From positions 1 to 60,678 of the forward strand of contig CAZFRA010000004.1 of NCBI GenBank assembly GCA_964521165.1: a stretch of 60,678 nucleotides of DNA, read 5' to 3'. The number at the start of each line of letters is the position of its first letter. Within the stretch, counting starts at the first letter, position 1. Source of the DNA: an uncultured Lachnospiraceae bacterium (GTDB lineage: Bacteria > Bacillota > Clostridia > Christensenellales > UBA1242). A program made the position numbers and the translations under genes. The notes under the pieces were generated by a model. The model searched no databases and was not told the origin of the DNA. It worked only from the letters and a program-made list of their open reading frames with translations. Shown here piece by piece: positions 57,278 to 60,678 of the stretch.

Positions 57278-58995
57278 AATTAAGTAAACTTGTCGGCGAG
57301 CGACTTAAGGATGTTCCAAACAGCGCCACGCTCAAAAGCCACATATATTTACTTCGCGCGGGATACATAAAGCAAGTAAGTTCCGGTATATTTTCATTAT
57401 TACCACCAGCACAACGAGTTAGCAAAAAAATTCAGGCGATAATTCGTGAAGAAATGGACAAATTAGGCGGGCAAGAAGTGCTTTTTCCAGTGGTAATGCC
57501 ACGCGAACTTTGGGATATGAGTGGCAGATATTCTTCCACTAAAGAAGAACTTTTGCGTTTTAAAGACAGAACAGGGCACGATATGCTTTTGGGAATGACG
57601 CACGAAGAAGCCGCCGTTCATATGGCGATGAACACGGTTAAATCTCACGAGCAGTTACCATTTATGATTTATCAAATCCAAACCAAATATCGTGATGAAG
57701 CGCGTCCGCGCGGTGGACTTATTCGCGTGAAGGAATTCACAATGAAAGATGCCTATTCTTTCCACGCATCACAAGAAGATTTAGATAAATATTATGGAAA
57801 AATTTATGATGCCTACAATCGAATTTATAAGCGTGTTGGGTTGAAGAATTTTATTTCCGTGCGCAGTGACAGTGGAATTATGGGTGGTGATATTGCCGAT
57901 GAGTTTATGCTTGTCACCGAAGTGGGCGAAGATAAGCTTGTTTTGTGCGAAAAGTGCGGATACAAAGCAAATATGGAAGTGGCGGAAAGTGTTCGAACAA
58001 AAGTGACATATGAGAAAAAAGATACTAAAGAAGTTTTCACAGGCAATGCACAGACAATTGATGAAGTTTGTCACTATCTTGAAACGGACAATGCTCACAC
58101 AGCGAAGGCAGTTTGTTACGAAACGGAAGACGGAAGATTGGTTGTGGCATTTCTTCGCGGAGATTATGATATCAATGAGAAAAAACTTGCCAAACTTTGT
58201 AAAAGTGAAATCAAAATTGCCGACACCGAAAAATTTGGTTTGGTGGCAGGAAATATTGGTTGCATAAATCTTAAATTACCGGAAAATGCGCTTGTGTTCT
58301 ATGATTTGTCTTTGCAGGGTTTGGAAAATTTTGTCACCGGCGCCAACAAGAAAGATTATCACATCATCAATGCCAGCGCATCACGCGACTTGCAAAATGT
58401 GGAATATAAAGATATCGCGCTTGTCAAGGACGGCGACACTTGCATTCATTGTGGCGAACGTCTTAAACTTACGCGTGGCATTGAAATCGGCAACATTTTC
58501 CAACTTGGAACGAAATACACTAAAACAATGGGGATGAAAGTTAGTATGCCAGACGAAACCACTCTTGAGCCAATAATGGGTTGCTACGGCATCGGTGTCG
58601 GCCGCACAATTGCCAGCGTGATTGAAGAAAAGGCGGACGAGAAGGGGATAATTTGGCCGATGACGATTGCACCTTGGCATATTCATTTCTGTCCACTTCG
58701 CCTTGACGACGAAAATGTGAAGGCGATTTCGAATGAACTATATAAGAAAATGCTCGACGCGGGACTTGAAGTTTTGTTTGACGACCGACAAATCTCGGCA
58801 GGCATCAAACTCACCGATAGCGAACTTATGGGTATACCAATTCGCGTTGTTGTCAGCCCGAAAACGATAGCCAACGGCACAGTGGAGATAACAATACGAG
58901 AGAATGGAGAAACTTATTATGTTTCCTTTGTTAATCTTATCCACGAACTCACCGAACTCGTCAAAGACGGCATTGAAGAAATTGAAGAAGAATAA
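57274..58995 (+). CDS. proS: Proline-tRNA ligase (bacterial type with editing insertion)
   Basis: Class II motifs (YQIQTKYRDEARPRGGLIRVKEFTMKDAYSF, GCYGIGVGR). Confidence 0.95.
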   Translation: MKLSKLVGERLKDVPNSATLKSHIYLLRAGYIKQVSSGIFSLLPPAQRVSKKIQAIIREEMDKLGGQEVLFPVVMPRELWDMSGRYSSTKEELLRFKDRTGHDMLLGMTHEEAAVHMAMNTVKSHEQLPFMIYQIQTKYRDEARPRGGLIRVKEFTMKDAYSFHASQEDLDKYYGKIYDAYNRIYKRVGLKNFISVRSDSGIMGGDIADEFMLVTEVGEDKLVLCEKCGYKANMEVAESVRTKVTYEKKDTKEVFTGNAQTIDEVCHYLETDNAHTAKAVCYETEDGRLVVAFLRGDYDINEKKLAKLCKSEIKIADTEKFGLVAGNIGCINLKLPENALVFYDLSLQGLENFVTGANKKDYHIINASASRDLQNVEYKDIALVKDGDTCIHCGERLKLTRGIEIGNIFQLGTKYTKTMGMKVSMPDETTLEPIMGCYGIGVGRTIASVIEEKADEKGIIWPMTIAPWHIHFCPLRLDDENVKAISNELYKKMLDAGLEVLFDDRQISAGIKLTDSELMGIPIRVVVSPKTIANGTVEITIRENGETYYVSFVNLIHELTELVKDGIEEIEEE

Positions 58996-59020
58996 GACTG
59001 CGTCTTTGCAGTCTTTTTTT
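58994..59020 (+). terminator. Intrinsic terminator after proS
   Basis: Stem aagactgc/gcagtctt followed by a T run. Confidence 0.85.
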
Positions 59021-59147
59021 GCAGTTTTTAATAATTTACATTAAATTTTATACTTATTAAATTTGTTTATAAACTAAGGAAAGTTAAAAATATTTAATAT
59101 TTTTTTGAAAAATATAGTAAATTTACTTGGAAAAGTAGAAAAATTGT

Positions 59148-59156
59148 TGTTATAAT
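59148..59156 (+). promoter_or_regulatory. Extended -10 element upstream of the lipoprotein gene
   Basis: TGtTATAAT ends 6 nt before the GTG at 59163. No clear -35 element. Confidence 0.4.
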
Positions 59157-59162
59157 AATTAC

Positions 59163-60678
59163 GTGAAAAAGTTTTTAATGTACTTTTTTATACTTCTTTG
59201 CTCGATAACCACCACGATCGGCGGTGGTTTGTTACTTGCCGGCTGTGATTCAACATACACCCAAACAAGCGGGGGGGGGGAATTCGACGACTTCGGAAAC
59301 CGAAAGTGGCGAAGATTTAGAAAATTCTAACGAAAATAGTGATGATGAAAATTTAAACAATGATGAAATTTCTGCCCAAGCTGTTAGTTTTACAGTTCAG
59401 GTAATTGCACTTACTCCGTGGAGCTCGTCCTCTACTAGTTATTATTCTTACAGTGCACTTAATAATACATATAGTTTGTATGTTGGTCGTTTTTATATTT
59501 ATTGGCTTGAGGGTGATGGCGGTTCTGGTCATGGCAGTGTGCAGACATGGGGGAATACTCCGACCACAGTGGCGGCGTATGGATATTCTGTTTCAGGAGG
59601 CTCTAGTAGTAATTATTATGCTGAAAATTTAGTGTATATTTCATATTCATATGGTTGGAGTGTTCAAAGGTATGCTAGGATTTCTAAAAGTGCTGCAGGT
59701 GATTATGTTTGTTGGAGTATTAACACCAGTACTACATTTGAAGATTCACGACAGACGACTGGCACATCGTTTTATACATACATCTATGGAGAAGGAATAA
59801 CTTCGACATCCTCACCATCAAGCTCGGTTGGTACCACATTTTCGGGAAATTGGTATATAAAATATCGTGCATCTCTTAGTATGAGTTATGATTCGGATGG
59901 TGGCAGCACCACCCCGAGTTCTCAGACTTTTTATGCAGGGCAAAGTTTAACATTAGCGAGTGCACCGACACGAACGGGTTACAGTTTTAATGGTTGGCTA
60001 GTCACAAACGGTTCACGAACAATTGGCACATATAGTGCAGGAACTAGCATAGCTTGGAGTGATTTAAGGTGGCCAAGCAGTAGTAATGGAAGTTATACCT
60101 ACACTGCCACTGCACAGTGGACACCTTCCTCATACACAAATTATTACTACTATCGCAATTCAAGCGGAACGGCAACATACGGCACAGCGAGTAGAACATA
60201 TGCTTCAAGTTTCACGATGTCGACATCGTCCACTTATTCTTACTACACTTCAAATGGTTGGAGTTTGGATGGTTGGGCTTACAACAGCTCAACTTCCACA
60301 TCGCGCACTTATTCAGCGGATGAAGAAGTTTCTAACTACAATTCAACCACTGGTAGTCTTTCGTTTTATGCAATTGCCCGGCGAACGATACAAATAATTT
60401 ACAACGCCAACGCGGGTAATGATACAGTTTCCGGTCTGCCCGAAACGCAGTCAGAGCAATATTGGAATATGTATGGCGATGTGTATGATATTCAAAGTTT
60501 AGAGATAAGTTCAAACACGCCAACACGGTCGGGCTACACTTTTCAAGGTTGGTCGACAGATAGTTCGGCAACCACGGCGGATCCAAATTATACAGGTGGT
60601 ACCGTTTTGAATTTCACTTACAGCAGTTCGGAAAGTGTCACGCTCTATGCTGTTTGGATACAAAATACGGTATATTAC
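59163..60678 (+). pseudogene. Surface lipoprotein with Listeria-Bacteroides (InlB B-type) repeats, interrupted by a frameshift at a G10 tract. It continues past the window edge.
   Basis: The first frame encodes a signal peptide with lipobox LLAGC, then stops at 59328-59330. The +1 frame is open from 59281 to 60678 (466 codons, checked codon by codon). It encodes an acidic linker plus repeats such as APTRTGYSFNGW and TPTRSGYTFQGW...TLYAVW. Confidence 0.8.
59271..59280 (+). repeat. Homopolymeric G10 tract at the frameshift point
   Basis: Ten consecutive G, counted directly; flanked by agc and aat. Confidence 0.95.

Noticed and set aside
59405-60397. ORF-track entries 59405-59632 and 60086-60397
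   Set aside because: They are off-frame fragments inside the long open frame 59281-60678, which carries recognisable repeat motifs.

Overview
AT-rich chromosomal segment from a low-GC, endospore-forming Firmicute; the exact lineage cannot be determined from the sequence alone. All calls come from reading the sequence and recognising motifs. No database search was run. About 60 protein genes are present, mostly core housekeeping genes in Bacillus-like micro-synteny: rarA, a GerA-type germinant receptor operon, ftsH, rplJ-rplL with an L10 leader, gpmI, greA, RNase J, PFOR, truA, ytxC-thrS, yajC, tadA, rlmH, ruvX-DUF1292, pheST, cysteine desulfurase-thiI, argR-recN, and the full spoIIIAA-AH operon running on into asp23-nusB-xseAB-proS. 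RNA elements are a truncated class II tRNA at the left edge, two T-box leaders (Thr ACC, Phe UUC) and a Bacillus-type SRP RNA on the minus strand. I saw no CRISPR array, transposase, integrase or recognisable defence operon, and I cannot point to a convincing multi-gene novel system. The strongest leads are these. (1) A surface lipoprotein gene at the right edge is split by a G10 homopolymer. Its 466-codon downstream frame is missing from the supplied ORF track, so this is either a phase-variation switch or a homopolymer error. (2) A 78-nt self-complementary element lies just after pheT and folds on paper into a four-way junction with 1-nt linkers. (3) An intact orphan phage terminase large-subunit gene sits among core genes, next to an HTH protein, an SH3b membrane protein and a GLUG-repeat surface protein. 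Smaller items include unannotated micro-ORFs, candidate leaderless starts, a GerC subunit without a lipobox, an E2-like acyltransferase lacking the catalytic His, and tandem CPBP proteases coupled to rlmH.
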